Source: Candidatus Thorarchaeota archaeon
GTDB taxonomy: Archaea > Asgardarchaeota > Heimdallarchaeia > Hodarchaeales > Hodarchaeaceae
NCBI GenBank assembly: GCA_048882505.1
Contig: JBHLRO010000001.1
Location: 240,001-272,000 of the forward strand
DNA: 32,000 bases
Reading direction: 5' to 3'
The translations under genes were made by a program, and so were the position numbers. The notes below the pieces were generated by a model. The model did not search any database, had not been told where the DNA came from, and worked only from the letters and a program-made list of their open reading frames with translations. Positions 1 to 9,279 of this stretch are shown here, piece by piece; within the stretch, counting starts at the first letter, position 1, and the number at the start of each line of letters is the position of its first letter.

Positions 1-1
1 T

Positions 2-262
2 TTCACTCTTTTGAAGGAAAATCGAATTGCGGGGGCAGGAATTGATGCATGGTGGGTGTATCCAAAAGACCGGAATCGACCCAAAGATAATTTCCAGAAT
101 TTTCCATTCCACGAGCTTCCAAATGTCGTAATGACTCCTCATTTGGCTAACAAGACTCCAGATCGGATCAAAATTTCTCTGCGTGATACCATCGAAAATA
201 TTCTTCGTGTCTCGAGAAATAGACCTCCAATAAATCAGCTTAATTTGGAACTTGGATATTAA
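2..262 (+). CDS. D-isomer-specific 2-hydroxyacid dehydrogenase, C-terminal part (5' truncated by window edge)
   Basis: Frame is open from base 2 (FTLLKENRIAGAGIDAWWVYP...NVVMTPHLA). It matches the 'L..g.IaGAgiDV' and 'NV.MTPH' (catalytic His) motifs of the family. Confidence 0.85.
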   Translation, partial: FTLLKENRIAGAGIDAWWVYPKDRNRPKDNFQNFPFHELPNVVMTPHLANKTPDRIKISLRDTIENILRVSRNRPPINQLNLELGY

Positions 263-405
263 TGTGATATGAAATTGAAACGAAGGTGTTACATCAAGAT
301 GATTGAACCTTTGCTCTTGGATAAGGTATAAAAGAAACTTCAAGAACACGAATGAAGAAGGGGAATATCTCTCCTTGACTCGGGTGAGATGGCTGTTGAT
401 ACCAT

Positions 406-858
406 CTAGATATTCAATTGGGGATTCTCTTTGAATACTCTGGCGATTACATGTGTATTTGTTCTTTCGACACCGTCTATGTTCATAATTCTTCTCAAAA
501 TTCCATTGAATTCGTCTCTATCTTTTGCACGTGCGAGAATAAAGTAATCCACCGCCCCTAGGGCCCAATAAACCGCCCATACTCCATTTATTCGTGCAAT
601 TTGAGAACCTAAATCCTCAAAGCTGGGTCCATGTTTAGCGTATACTTGTATTATTGCATGAAAATCCATATGGAGCTTGATCGGATTTAAAATTGCTGAA
701 TATCCCTTGATTATACTCTCTTTTTCCAAACGTTTTACTCGATAATGAATAGTCGAGACTGGAGAACCGACCGAGTCGGCTAGCTCATGCAAGGAATGTC
801 TGCAGTCATTTTGAAGCTCTCTTAGAATTTTAAAATCTAGAACATCGAGTTTGGTCAT
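406..858 (-). CDS. Lrp/AsnC family transcriptional regulator
   Basis: N-terminal 'LDVLDFKILRELQNDCR.SL.ELA..VG...STIHYRVKRLEKE.IIKGY' HTH, followed by a C-terminal RAM domain ('G..DY...', 'GVERTNT'). Confidence 0.93.
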   Translation of the reverse strand: MTKLDVLDFKILRELQNDCRHSLHELADSVGSPVSTIHYRVKRLEKESIIKGYSAILNPIKLHMDFHAIIQVYAKHGPSFEDLGSQIARINGVWAVYWALGAVDYFILARAKDRDEFNGILRRIMNIDGVERTNTHVIARVFKENPQLNI

Positions 859-970
859 GTCTGGTTCACGCTCCTTATAAGTCTCCTGCTGATAAACTAT
901 ATCTACGGGTTTAATGAACTTAAAATTTTTATTTTTCTTTGCACACTGGCGTCAGATTTGATAACAAGCA

Positions 971-2308
971 TTAGGACAGATTCGGTGACACATCGTGGAT
1001 AGATTTCGTTTCAAGCATCATTATTGAATGTACGAGTTCCTTCACTTTTCGCTTTGGAATGAATTGTGAACCTGTACGAAGTAAATTCTCTTTTACCGAA
1101 TCAATTGCCAATGAAGGAAATTCGTCACCCTCAATCTTATATTTGCTTCCATTCTTCATTACGATTTCAATTGAGTTTGCGAAGCCTTCCATTTTTTCAT
1201 TGGCTTCGAGGTTGATTTTGGAAGCTATCGCACCGACTCTCCTATCGTGATAGTGATTTACTGTTTGTGGGGAAACGTCCCTATATTTAAGAGCGATAGC
1301 GCCTGCGCATGGCAATGACTTATAGGCTTGGTTCTTATTTACAAACGGCCCTTTATCGGCAATGTTCGTTTTAAGAGGGCCATCGGTAACCCTGGGGCCA
1401 GCAACTATCCGTACACTGTTGATTTCCTCAAAATTTAGATCATTTTGATTTGCTAATTTTACTATATTATTAATGACAGGCAAAATAGTAGTAATCACAC
1501 TGTAGGGCTTCAGAATAACCTTTGTAGTGTCGTAATTTCTTCCCAGATTCTGGGTCAGTTCATCAAGACCCTCCGGATTAACGTCAAGATAAGCCCTGAA
1601 GAATCCCCTATCTCCTTCAAAGGATTTAAGCGCACCGCTGCTACCCTTTCTTGCAATCAGAGCAGCCATCACCCCATTCTGTGCGGCAAGTCCACTTGTA
1701 AAAAGCCACTCCGATGTACCTTCTAACCAACACTGCATCAATCCAGAAGCTAAATTTGTAGCTAACGCTAGAGCATCCATGGTTTCTTCCAAATTCAGCT
1801 TCAAGATTTTGGCTGATGCAGCCGCGGTCCCAATAATCCCATAGATAGTGGTTCCTCTCCAACCACGTGGCCCGCTATAAGGTGCACAAATGTTTCCGAG
1901 CTGTAGATTAACCTCATACCCAGCAGTAATTGAAGTCAAAATATCTTTACCGTGTCTTGATTCTTGCTCTGCTAGAGACAGAACGGCAGGTATAACATGA
2001 GGACCAGGATGCAAACCCTTATAGGTATCTTCTTGTTGAACACTGTGCATCAATACACTGTTAGCAAAGGTAGCACCTAGCACTGACGATTTTTGGTTTT
2101 TTCCTAATATGGTTGAGTAACCACCGGTACCAAATTCCTTTTCCGCTAAGGATATGGCAATCTGTGATTCAGCTTCATTAATCCCGCAATAGCCAGTGTA
2201 CAAATGATGTAGAATCAATTCTTTGACTTTTTTAACTACATTTTGCGGTAGATCTTCATATGATAGAGCAGTTACGAACTTTCCAAGAGTTCTTATAATC
2301 GTGCTCAT
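971..2308 (-). CDS. MmgE/PrpD family protein (paralog 1, divergent)
   Basis: 'L.YEDLP..VV..VK..IL', 'A.FAN....H....EDT...LHPG...IPA.L..AE' and 'FEG..GF' family motifs. Start moved from 2335 to the ATG at 2308, which has a GAGGAG RBS upstream. Confidence 0.88.
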   Translation of the reverse strand: MSTIIRTLGKFVTALSYEDLPQNVVKKVKELILHHLYTGYCGINEAESQIAISLAEKEFGTGGYSTILGKNQKSSVLGATFANSVLMHSVQQEDTYKGLHPGPHVIPAVLSLAEQESRHGKDILTSITAGYEVNLQLGNICAPYSGPRGWRGTTIYGIIGTAAASAKILKLNLEETMDALALATNLASGLMQCWLEGTSEWLFTSGLAAQNGVMAALIARKGSSGALKSFEGDRGFFRAYLDVNPEGLDELTQNLGRNYDTTKVILKPYSVITTILPVINNIVKLANQNDLNFEEINSVRIVAGPRVTDGPLKTNIADKGPFVNKNQAYKSLPCAGAIALKYRDVSPQTVNHYHDRRVGAIASKINLEANEKMEGFANSIEIVMKNGSKYKIEGDEFPSLAIDSVKENLLRTGSQFIPKRKVKELVHSIMMLETKSIHDVSPNLS

Positions 2309-2331
2309 CTGTTTCTCCTCGGTTTCCGTAA

Positions 2332-3117
2332 TCAAACAACGGCCAAGCCATAGGGTTGTGTCAAAGCTCTAATTACCGATCCATATAAAGAAACTAGAGT
2401 ATAATCCCCCGTAACTCCCTTGATAACTGAAGCTCGCCTGATTTCAAGGCTAGCTCCTCCCCCTCTTGCATTAACCAACTGAATGGCATCATCCGAATCA
2501 GGATTCGCAATGAGCTTGGATTTTGTCCGTTCAAATCCTATACATGAAAGGGCTACGACTGCATGGGCATTTACGTTACGCGGAAATTGTGAGCAAGCAC
2601 CCCTTGTAGGCCCCTCATAAAGAACCGTTTCTTCCGTTATGTTTTCTTCAGAAAATTCATCAGTGAAACTAAAATCAATGTTTCGTGGGTGTTTCCAAGT
2701 GGTTACTTCAACTTCAATCAGAGTTTTCCTTGCGTCAAACAATCCATCCATACCAAGCAAGGCGCCATGAGGGATAAAAATCCTGGTTTTGTTTGCCAAG
2801 CTAATCTCAGTAACTGATTCGAGCAGTTTTTGATCAGCGAGCGCGGTAGCGGATAATATCATCATGTTATTCTTTTCTAGTATCAGTGGGGCATAGTCCT
2901 TCACGGCCCCAAAATCAGCCGCTTCTACTATAAGATCCACGGTTTGATTGAAAACATCTTCGGGGGTATCAAGTACAATGGATTTATCTAGCGAGTCAGT
3001 TTTCTCCGCCGAAGGTTCATAGACAAAACTCACTTCAATGTCTTTATTTTCTTGAGCTTTTTCGAAGAGATATGATCCGATTCTTCCAAAACCTACTAAA
3101 CCTATCATTTTTGGCAT
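2332..3117 (-). CDS. Aspartate dehydrogenase-like (NadX/DUF108) NAD(P)-dependent oxidoreductase
   Basis: Rossmann 'IGLVGFGRIG', 'DLIVEAA', 'S..AL.D', 'PHGAL.G.DG' and 'FP.NVN' motifs. Confidence 0.8.
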   Translation of the reverse strand: MPKMIGLVGFGRIGSYLFEKAQENKDIEVSFVYEPSAEKTDSLDKSIVLDTPEDVFNQTVDLIVEAADFGAVKDYAPLILEKNNMMILSATALADQKLLESVTEISLANKTRIFIPHGALLGMDGLFDARKTLIEVEVTTWKHPRNIDFSFTDEFSEENITEETVLYEGPTRGACSQFPRNVNAHAVVALSCIGFERTKSKLIANPDSDDAIQLVNARGGGASLEIRRASVIKGVTGDYTLVSLYGSVIRALTQPYGLAVV

Positions 3118-3138
3118 GGTAAATCACTGTTTATTGGC

Positions 3139-3170
3139 AGGTGTTAATTCTATGGATTATTATTACACCT
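3139..3170. other. Intercistronic stem-loop
   Basis: AGGTGT(T)AAT...ATTACACCT inverted repeat between the aminotransferase and the AspDH-like gene. Confidence 0.35.
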
Positions 3171-3187
3171 TCTGTCTTAAACTTCGT

Positions 3188-4465
3188 TCAACGGAGCGTT
3201 ACTTCTAGTATCTCGATGGCTTTATCAATGTCAGTTTTCTCTGTGATCAATGGGGGGCAAAATCTTAACACATTCTGATAAACACCTGCAGGAAACATGA
3301 GAAGTCCCATCTTAGCCATCTGATCGATTATATTCTTTGTTAGATTCCGTGCGGGCTTTTTTTTATCTTCAACTAGCTCCACACCTATGAGAAGTCCAAG
3401 ACCCCTAATATCACCTATGATCGGATGCGAGTCCTTTATTTCCCGAATTCTTTCTACCAGGTACATACCTGTCTTTCGCACATTATCCAGCAATTCTCGA
3501 CTTTGAATAGCTTCTATATTTGCAAGGCTTGCAGCGCAGGCAGCGGGATTGCCCGAGAAGGTTCCTCCACCTTTAAAATTTTCCATAACCGCTGAATTGC
3601 CAATGATAGCTCCAAGTGAAAGGCCAGAGGCTATTGATTTCGCCAGATAAAGGAAATCCACCTGAGCATTCCAATGTTCGATAGCGAACATCTTTCCAGT
3701 TCGTCCAATACCTGTTGTCACTTCGTCGATCGCCAGTAATATCCCATGATTCCTGCATAAACCAGCGAGACGGTCGAGATATCCATCTGGAAGAGGAATC
3801 ACCCCTCCATGTACCTGAACTGGTTCAATGAAAATAACCGCGACAGATTCAGGCGGAATGACTCTGGTGTCAAACTGATAACTGATAAAATCAAGGCATT
3901 CGAATTCGCAGTCTGGATATGTTTTACCGAACTGGCAACGATAACAATAGGGATACGGGACATGCATGATCCCTGGAACTTCGGAGACACCATATGTTCT
4001 CCCGTGAGGACTAGTATTTAGTGCTAAGGAGCCCAGTGATGTTTGACCATGGAAGCAGCCGAAATAACATATCACCAGAGGTTTTTTCGAATATTGTTTG
4101 GCCATTCTCATTACAAGTTCCGTTGCATCAGAACCTGTGTTACAAAAACCGACCTTTCCATGTGACAGCGTTCCAGGAGCAAGTTTCAGAAGTTTTTCAG
4201 CAAGTTCAATCCTTGTAGGATTCAACGTCCAACTGAATGAAGAGAAACCAGTTCGGTGAAGTTGTTGTTCGACAGCTTCCAAAATTGTTTTGGATCCATG
4301 TCCCAAATTACTGGTTTGTCCACCAGAGGTGAAATCCAGATATTTGTTCCCTTTATTATCTTTGAGATATACCCCATCGCTTTCTGTGATTATCAATGAC
4401 GGAAATCTGTACTTTCTCGCACAAGCTCTTTGATCTCTATCTGTCCAATTTTCGTTGTTTACCAC
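3188..4465 (-). CDS. Class III PLP-dependent aminotransferase (GabT/ArgD/racemase-like)
   Basis: 'YLDFTSG', 'FHGQT', 'FIEPVQ', 'DEVTTGIGRTG', PLP lysine in 'AKSIASG', 'GGTFSGNP' and 'LRFCPPL'. GTG start. Confidence 0.92.
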   Translation of the reverse strand: MVNNENWTDRDQRACARKYRFPSLIITESDGVYLKDNKGNKYLDFTSGGQTSNLGHGSKTILEAVEQQLHRTGFSSFSWTLNPTRIELAEKLLKLAPGTLSHGKVGFCNTGSDATELVMRMAKQYSKKPLVICYFGCFHGQTSLGSLALNTSPHGRTYGVSEVPGIMHVPYPYCYRCQFGKTYPDCEFECLDFISYQFDTRVIPPESVAVIFIEPVQVHGGVIPLPDGYLDRLAGLCRNHGILLAIDEVTTGIGRTGKMFAIEHWNAQVDFLYLAKSIASGLSLGAIIGNSAVMENFKGGGTFSGNPAACAASLANIEAIQSRELLDNVRKTGMYLVERIREIKDSHPIIGDIRGLGLLIGVELVEDKKKPARNLTKNIIDQMAKMGLLMFPAGVYQNVLRFCPPLITEKTDIDKAIEILEVTLR

Positions 4466-4515
4466 TGTTATAACCTAAATTCGCTGATTAACAGTATATA
4501 GGCCCCTCAAGAAGT

Positions 4516-4566
4516 AAAAAAAGAGAAAACCTTCTTCGAGACCTAGAGTCTCTCCGAAGGGTTTCC
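4516..4566 (-). terminator. Hairpin plus U-tract after the solute-binding protein gene
   Basis: The minus strand reads GAAACC-CTTCG-GA-GAGAC-TCTAG-GTCTC-GAAG-AA-GGTTTTC followed by TCTTTTTTT, about 10 nt after the stop at 4577. Confidence 0.6.
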
Positions 4567-4576
4567 AAAGAAGGAT

Positions 4577-6187
4577 TTAGGTAAAAGTGGCGCCTTCGTA
4601 GTGGATATCCCAGAAGTTCCCGGGGCCATAGATGATTCCATTAACGTTGGCTTGTGTGAACTGATACCATACTTCTCTCCAGGCAAAGATATTCGGCACC
4701 CATTCGGCCCACAGATCTTGAAGCTCTCCTAGGATTTCAAGTTTCCTTGTCTGGTTTGTAGTAGCGGCGGCCTCGTCTATCAAATCATCTGCATATGGAT
4801 AAATCGCTGCCATGTCGCCATCAATAGCATGCGAATATCCAGGACCCCATCCACCTGAACCCATAAAGTTCGTTGCCCAGTCATCGGTGTCTGGATAATT
4901 TGCCGTCCATGCCCACAGGTTTATCTCCTGAGTGGATGCTCCTTTATATTCATCTTTATATGCTCCGTATTCCTGTTGAACTATGGTTATATCGAACCCA
5001 GCGGTGAGCGCGCGTTCCTTCAGAAGAGCAGCTATATCAGGTTCTTGAACACCATAATGTGTCGGTGTAATATAGAGGGTTACGGCAACAGGCTCGGTTT
5101 GACCTGCGGCGGCAATTAGCTGTTTAGCCATAGTGGGATTGTAATCATAATTGAAAACTTTTTTGTAACCTATGTATTCGGGGGGGAGGAAACTATATTG
5201 TCGTTCACCATTTCCGCCTAGAGTGACGGAGATGATCTCATCATAAGGTATGGCGTAAGCGAAAGCTTGGCGCATTGTCTTATTATCAAATACATCCCAG
5301 ACACTGGAATTCATTTGGAAAGTAAACCAACGGCGAGAGGATGAAGAGCTCTGATCGTGTGAAGTTAACGCAGAGTTGTCTAAGAGGCTATCATAGTCCG
5401 CGACGTTTAATCTTCCATCTGTAGCATGGATGTCGCCTTGCTCGATTGCAAGTTTCATGGTACTGGGATCATCAAACTGAGTATAGATTAGTTCATCTAC
5501 GGTTAACTTGGCTCCTTCCTTAAGTTTCCACCAATCTCGGTTAGCCTCCATTACTACTTCGCTATCAGTAACCTTACTAACAAATTTAAATGGACCAGTA
5601 CCTACTGGATCATCATTTAGTTCATCAAGATTACTGGTGTGCTTTTCAGTGGCAGTTAGACTTGGAATAAAGGCCGCGATATGACAGAGCGTGTCTCTAA
5701 ACGCAGAATTCGGGCTGTTCAGCGTGAATTTGACCGAATAAGTATTTAGAACCTCAGTTTTATTTAGCAGCCCCTCCGTGAAAATATATGTAATTCCTTG
5801 ACCAATGTCAAACATTCGATCAAAATGGTCTTTAACAGAGCTAGCATTGAAATCAGTTCCATCGTGAAACTTGACTCCTTGACGAAGAGTGAATGTGTAT
5901 TCCAATCCGTTCGAAGAGACTGTGCCCAGATCAGTCGCTAAAACCGGTTCGATTTCGAGTGTATCGCCTTTGTAACCTAGTAAACCTTCGAACATAGCAT
6001 TAACCATGACGTCGTCTCCGCCTTGGACGTATTGAGGATGTGGAACTCTTCCAATCGCCACTGTTGTCCCAACTATTAGGGTTGTCTTCGTTGGCGGTGC
6101 GCTAAACATAAGAAAAGCTAGGCCACCACCAACCACAATTATTGCTATAACTACTAGAGCAAGAACTATATTCCTTGTTTCCGGCAT
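4577..6187 (-). CDS. dppA: ABC transporter substrate-binding protein, family 5 (DppA/OppA-like), N-terminal membrane anchor
   Basis: N-terminal TM helix, family-5 signature 'LATD...S.NGLEYTFTLRQGVKFHDGT.FNA..VK', 'PVGTGPF' and 'MRQAFAYAI'. Confidence 0.9.
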   Translation of the reverse strand: MPETRNIVLALVVIAIIVVGGGLAFLMFSAPPTKTTLIVGTTVAIGRVPHPQYVQGGDDVMVNAMFEGLLGYKGDTLEIEPVLATDLGTVSSNGLEYTFTLRQGVKFHDGTDFNASSVKDHFDRMFDIGQGITYIFTEGLLNKTEVLNTYSVKFTLNSPNSAFRDTLCHIAAFIPSLTATEKHTSNLDELNDDPVGTGPFKFVSKVTDSEVVMEANRDWWKLKEGAKLTVDELIYTQFDDPSTMKLAIEQGDIHATDGRLNVADYDSLLDNSALTSHDQSSSSSRRWFTFQMNSSVWDVFDNKTMRQAFAYAIPYDEIISVTLGGNGERQYSFLPPEYIGYKKVFNYDYNPTMAKQLIAAAGQTEPVAVTLYITPTHYGVQEPDIAALLKERALTAGFDITIVQQEYGAYKDEYKGASTQEINLWAWTANYPDTDDWATNFMGSGGWGPGYSHAIDGDMAAIYPYADDLIDEAAATTNQTRKLEILGELQDLWAEWVPNIFAWREVWYQFTQANVNGIIYGPGNFWDIHYEGATFT

Positions 6188-6219
6188 TAGAATATCTCCA
6201 AAAAGAGACCTAACATCTA

Positions 6220-6237
6220 AAAGAAGTTAACTTCTTT
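6220..6237. promoter_or_regulatory. Perfect 18-bp palindrome (putative operator) in the dppA/dppB divergent promoter
   Basis: AAAGAAGTTAACTTCTTT is its own reverse complement. It overlaps a TTTAAA TATA-like box (6235-6240) and lies 33-50 nt upstream of the dppA start. Confidence 0.55.
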
Positions 6238-6388
6238 AAAAGAGTTTCGAAGAATGTGTAAAAATATCTCTTTTTTTTGAATGTTATCGGAAAATGCATA
6301 ATAATATTCGAAAGTAATTTGCACCAATCGCAGAGACTTAATATTCTCTCGATGAACCCGATGCTAGAGAAACTAGGAGATTAATCAA

Positions 6389-7396
6389 ATGGGGTTTTAT
6401 CGTTATTTTGCGCTCAGATTGCTTTCTATGATAGCCATTGTATTTATATTACTTACGTTTATATTTTTTGCAATTCACATTCTACCTGGAGACCCTGTTG
6501 AAGCTTTGGTGGGCGAAAGCGCTAGTCAGGAATTCATCGAAAACCTGAGACATGATCTTGGCTTGGATAAACCCCTTCATGAGCAATATTGGGATTATAT
6601 AACCGGGATAATTACTGGAAATCTAGGTAGATCAATAATACTTCGAAATAGCGTTGCAAACTTGATCTGGGAACGTGCTGGCGTGACCATTCAATTAGCA
6701 GTAATGGCATGGATAGTATCGGTGTTTCTAGGAATTGCAGTGGGGCGATTTTCCGCATATAAAGAAGGAAAAGTAGAAGATCATGTCGTTCGATCCACAA
6801 CGTTATTTATGTATGCCATTCCAGTTTACGTACTTGGAATAGCATTCCAGTTGATTTTCGGGGTTTATCTCGATATTTTACCAATCTTTGGTACTAATAG
6901 TCCCTATGTTAGGCCCCCTAAGGTCACTGGCATGATTTTAATTGATACACTTCTTGCGGGAGATTTCCCAGGATTCGGAGATGCTGTTCTACACTTTGTC
7001 CTTCCGGTAATGTCTCTTTCAGCTTATTATATCGCGGTGACTGTTAGAATTACCCGCTCAGAAACAATTAAGGCGCAAAAAAGGACCTATTGTCTGCTTG
7101 CCCAAGCAAAGGGATTAGATAAGAAGGAAATTACCAATAAACATGCCTTCAGAAATGCCCTTCTCCCTGTTGTCACAATCATTGGCCTGCAAGCGGGAAC
7201 GTTACTCACGGGCTCGATTTTAGTAGAAACTGTATTTTCATTACGGGGATTAGGAAATCTGATCTGGATATCAGCATCTCAACGCGACTATATTCTTACA
7301 CAAGGCGTCGTTACCATTTTTGTGGTTATTACATCGGTCATCGGGCTCATTATCGATACTTCTTACTATTTTCTTGATCCAAGGGTAAGGTACTAA
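6389..7396 (+). CDS. dppB: Peptide/nickel ABC transporter permease (DppB/OppB)
   Basis: 'LPGDPV', 'LGLDKPL..QY..Y....G.LG.S', EAA loop 'A.AKGL...I..KHAFRNALLPVVT', 'VETVF...GLG' and 'DPRVR'. Confidence 0.93.
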   Translation: MGFYRYFALRLLSMIAIVFILLTFIFFAIHILPGDPVEALVGESASQEFIENLRHDLGLDKPLHEQYWDYITGIITGNLGRSIILRNSVANLIWERAGVTIQLAVMAWIVSVFLGIAVGRFSAYKEGKVEDHVVRSTTLFMYAIPVYVLGIAFQLIFGVYLDILPIFGTNSPYVRPPKVTGMILIDTLLAGDFPGFGDAVLHFVLPVMSLSAYYIAVTVRITRSETIKAQKRTYCLLAQAKGLDKKEITNKHAFRNALLPVVTIIGLQAGTLLTGSILVETVFSLRGLGNLIWISASQRDYILTQGVVTIFVVITSVIGLIIDTSYYFLDPRVRY

Positions 7397-7397
7397 A

Positions 7398-8303
7398 ATG
7401 GACAACAGTCTGGATCAAAGCCAGAAACCTGGTGGTGGGATCCGAAGGCTACTTATGGGTAGTCGAGTCTGGGATCTTTCTCGAAACGACCGAATCTCAT
7501 TCTTTATCGGCTTGGGGATAGTGTCTGTGATTATTTTTGTAACAATATTTGCTGATTTTATTACCCCGTTTTCACCTTTTGAAATACATGTAGAAGACCT
7601 GCATCTCGCACCCGGAATCTCATTCAAGTATTTATTAGGGACAGATTCTCTAGGAAGAGACGTACTCAGCAGACTGATACATGGAGCACGGGTCTCTCTG
7701 CTGGTGGGACTATCTTCAGTTATAATTGCCTCAGTTATAGGATCGTTTCTCGGAGTTCTTGCTGGCTATTATGGTGGATCCCTGGACAGACTAGTTACTT
7801 TACCCATGGATGCCCTATATTCTTTTCCAGCTTTTTTGACTGCTTTGTTGATTGTGGCCAGCTTAGGTACCAGTATGTTTTATCTTTCCCTTGCGGTAGC
7901 ATTCGGATTATTACCTAAAATCTATCGAACGGTCAGAAGCGCAGCTGTTGCTATCAAGGAGGAAGAATTTGTAGAAGCGGAAGTTTCACTTGGGGCCCGG
8001 GATAGTTACATTGTTTTTTATCATGTTTTTCCGCTATGTATCAATGTCTTGGTGGTAGTAATGACAATTAGTATTGCAACAGCGATCTTGAGTATCGCGG
8101 GATTGGGATTTTTAGGGTTGGGTGTACCAACTCCAACTCCCGAATGGGGAACTGATTTAGCCGCAGGACGTCCTAATATTCTTTCAGGGGTTTGGTGGAC
8201 CACCATGATTCCTGCGATCTTGATTTTTTTTACCGTTCTTGGATTCAACCTGGTAGGTGAAGGTATGAACAAGATCTTTGGGTCATCATTAGAGGAGATT
8301 TAG
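7398..8303 (+). CDS. dppC: Peptide/nickel ABC transporter permease (DppC/OppC)
   Basis: 'LLGTD.LGRDVLSRLIHGARVSL', EAA loop 'EEFVEA..SLGA', 'GLGFLGLG...P.PEWG' and 'FNLVGEG'. Confidence 0.93.
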   Translation: MDNSLDQSQKPGGGIRRLLMGSRVWDLSRNDRISFFIGLGIVSVIIFVTIFADFITPFSPFEIHVEDLHLAPGISFKYLLGTDSLGRDVLSRLIHGARVSLLVGLSSVIIASVIGSFLGVLAGYYGGSLDRLVTLPMDALYSFPAFLTALLIVASLGTSMFYLSLAVAFGLLPKIYRTVRSAAVAIKEEEFVEAEVSLGARDSYIVFYHVFPLCINVLVVVMTISIATAILSIAGLGFLGLGVPTPTPEWGTDLAAGRPNILSGVWWTTMIPAILIFFTVLGFNLVGEGMNKIFGSSLEEI

Positions 8304-8307
8304 AATC

Positions 8308-9276
8308 ATGTCAGATCTCCTCTCAGTTAATGATCTAAGAACCAGATATTTCACGGCTTCAGGGACGGTAAAAGCCGTAGATAGGTGTTCAATTAAATTA
8401 CAGAGAGGAGAAACACTGGGAATAGCAGGGGAATCTGGGTGTGGTAAATCTACTTTTGCGATGTCGATTCTAAGGTTGATTCAACCCCCTCACAAAATAA
8501 TCGAGGGGTCGGTAATATACAAAGGAATCGATATACTTAAGTTGACCGAGAAGGAGTTCCGAAAAATCAGGTGGGAGGAGATTTCATTAGTTTTGCAACA
8601 ATCGATGAACGCCTTGAATCCGATGCTCAGGATTTCAGATCAAATGATTGAACCGCTCATGATAAAGAGGATTACCTCTAAGGAGTCAGCGGAAGTCAAA
8701 GCCAGGAAGCTGCTAGAACTTGTAGGAATTAAGCCGGATCGTATTAACAATTATCCCCACGAATTCAGCGGAGGAATGAAACAAAGAGCGTTAATAGCTT
8801 TGTCATTGATTGCTGATCCAGAAATCCTCATATTGGATGAACCAACAACTGCTCTTGATGTAGTAGTTCAACACATGATACTTAAACTCATTAACGATCT
8901 TAAGAATGAAATGGGGTTATCTGTTATTTGGATAACTCACGACCTAGCGGTTTTGGCTGAAGTGTGCGATACTATTGCAATAATGTACGCTGGAAGAATT
9001 ATGGAAACTGGCACGGCAGAAGAACTCATCCTAAATCCCCAACATCCCTATACAAAAGGTCTTCTCGCTTCTTTCCCGACCATTGACCAGGTAGACAAGG
9101 AATTAGTATCAATCCCAGGCAGTCCACCGAATCTAATCAATCCACCGAAAGGTTGCCCATTCCATCCCCGTTGTAGCTCTGCAACTGATCTTTGTAAAAG
9201 AGAGCGGCCGATAGGTGAGACACTTCCAGATCGCGTTGATGGATATATAGAATGCCATAATTGGAAGGAAATTTGA
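8308..9276 (+). CDS. dppD: Peptide ABC transporter ATP-binding protein (DppD/OppD)
   Basis: Walker A GESGCGKS, signature FSGGMKQR, Walker B 'LILDEPTTALD', H-loop ITHD, and a C-terminal 'GCPFHPRC...C...C' Fe-S/oligopeptide domain. Confidence 0.94.
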   Translation: MSDLLSVNDLRTRYFTASGTVKAVDRCSIKLQRGETLGIAGESGCGKSTFAMSILRLIQPPHKIIEGSVIYKGIDILKLTEKEFRKIRWEEISLVLQQSMNALNPMLRISDQMIEPLMIKRITSKESAEVKARKLLELVGIKPDRINNYPHEFSGGMKQRALIALSLIADPEILILDEPTTALDVVVQHMILKLINDLKNEMGLSVIWITHDLAVLAEVCDTIAIMYAGRIMETGTAEELILNPQHPYTKGLLASFPTIDQVDKELVSIPGSPPNLINPPKGCPFHPRCSSATDLCKRERPIGETLPDRVDGYIECHNWKEI

Positions 9277-9279
9277 GCT

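Noticed and set aside
2332-3117. nadX of NAD biosynthesis
   Set aside because: No nadA or nadC neighbours and the canonical catalytic motif is absent.
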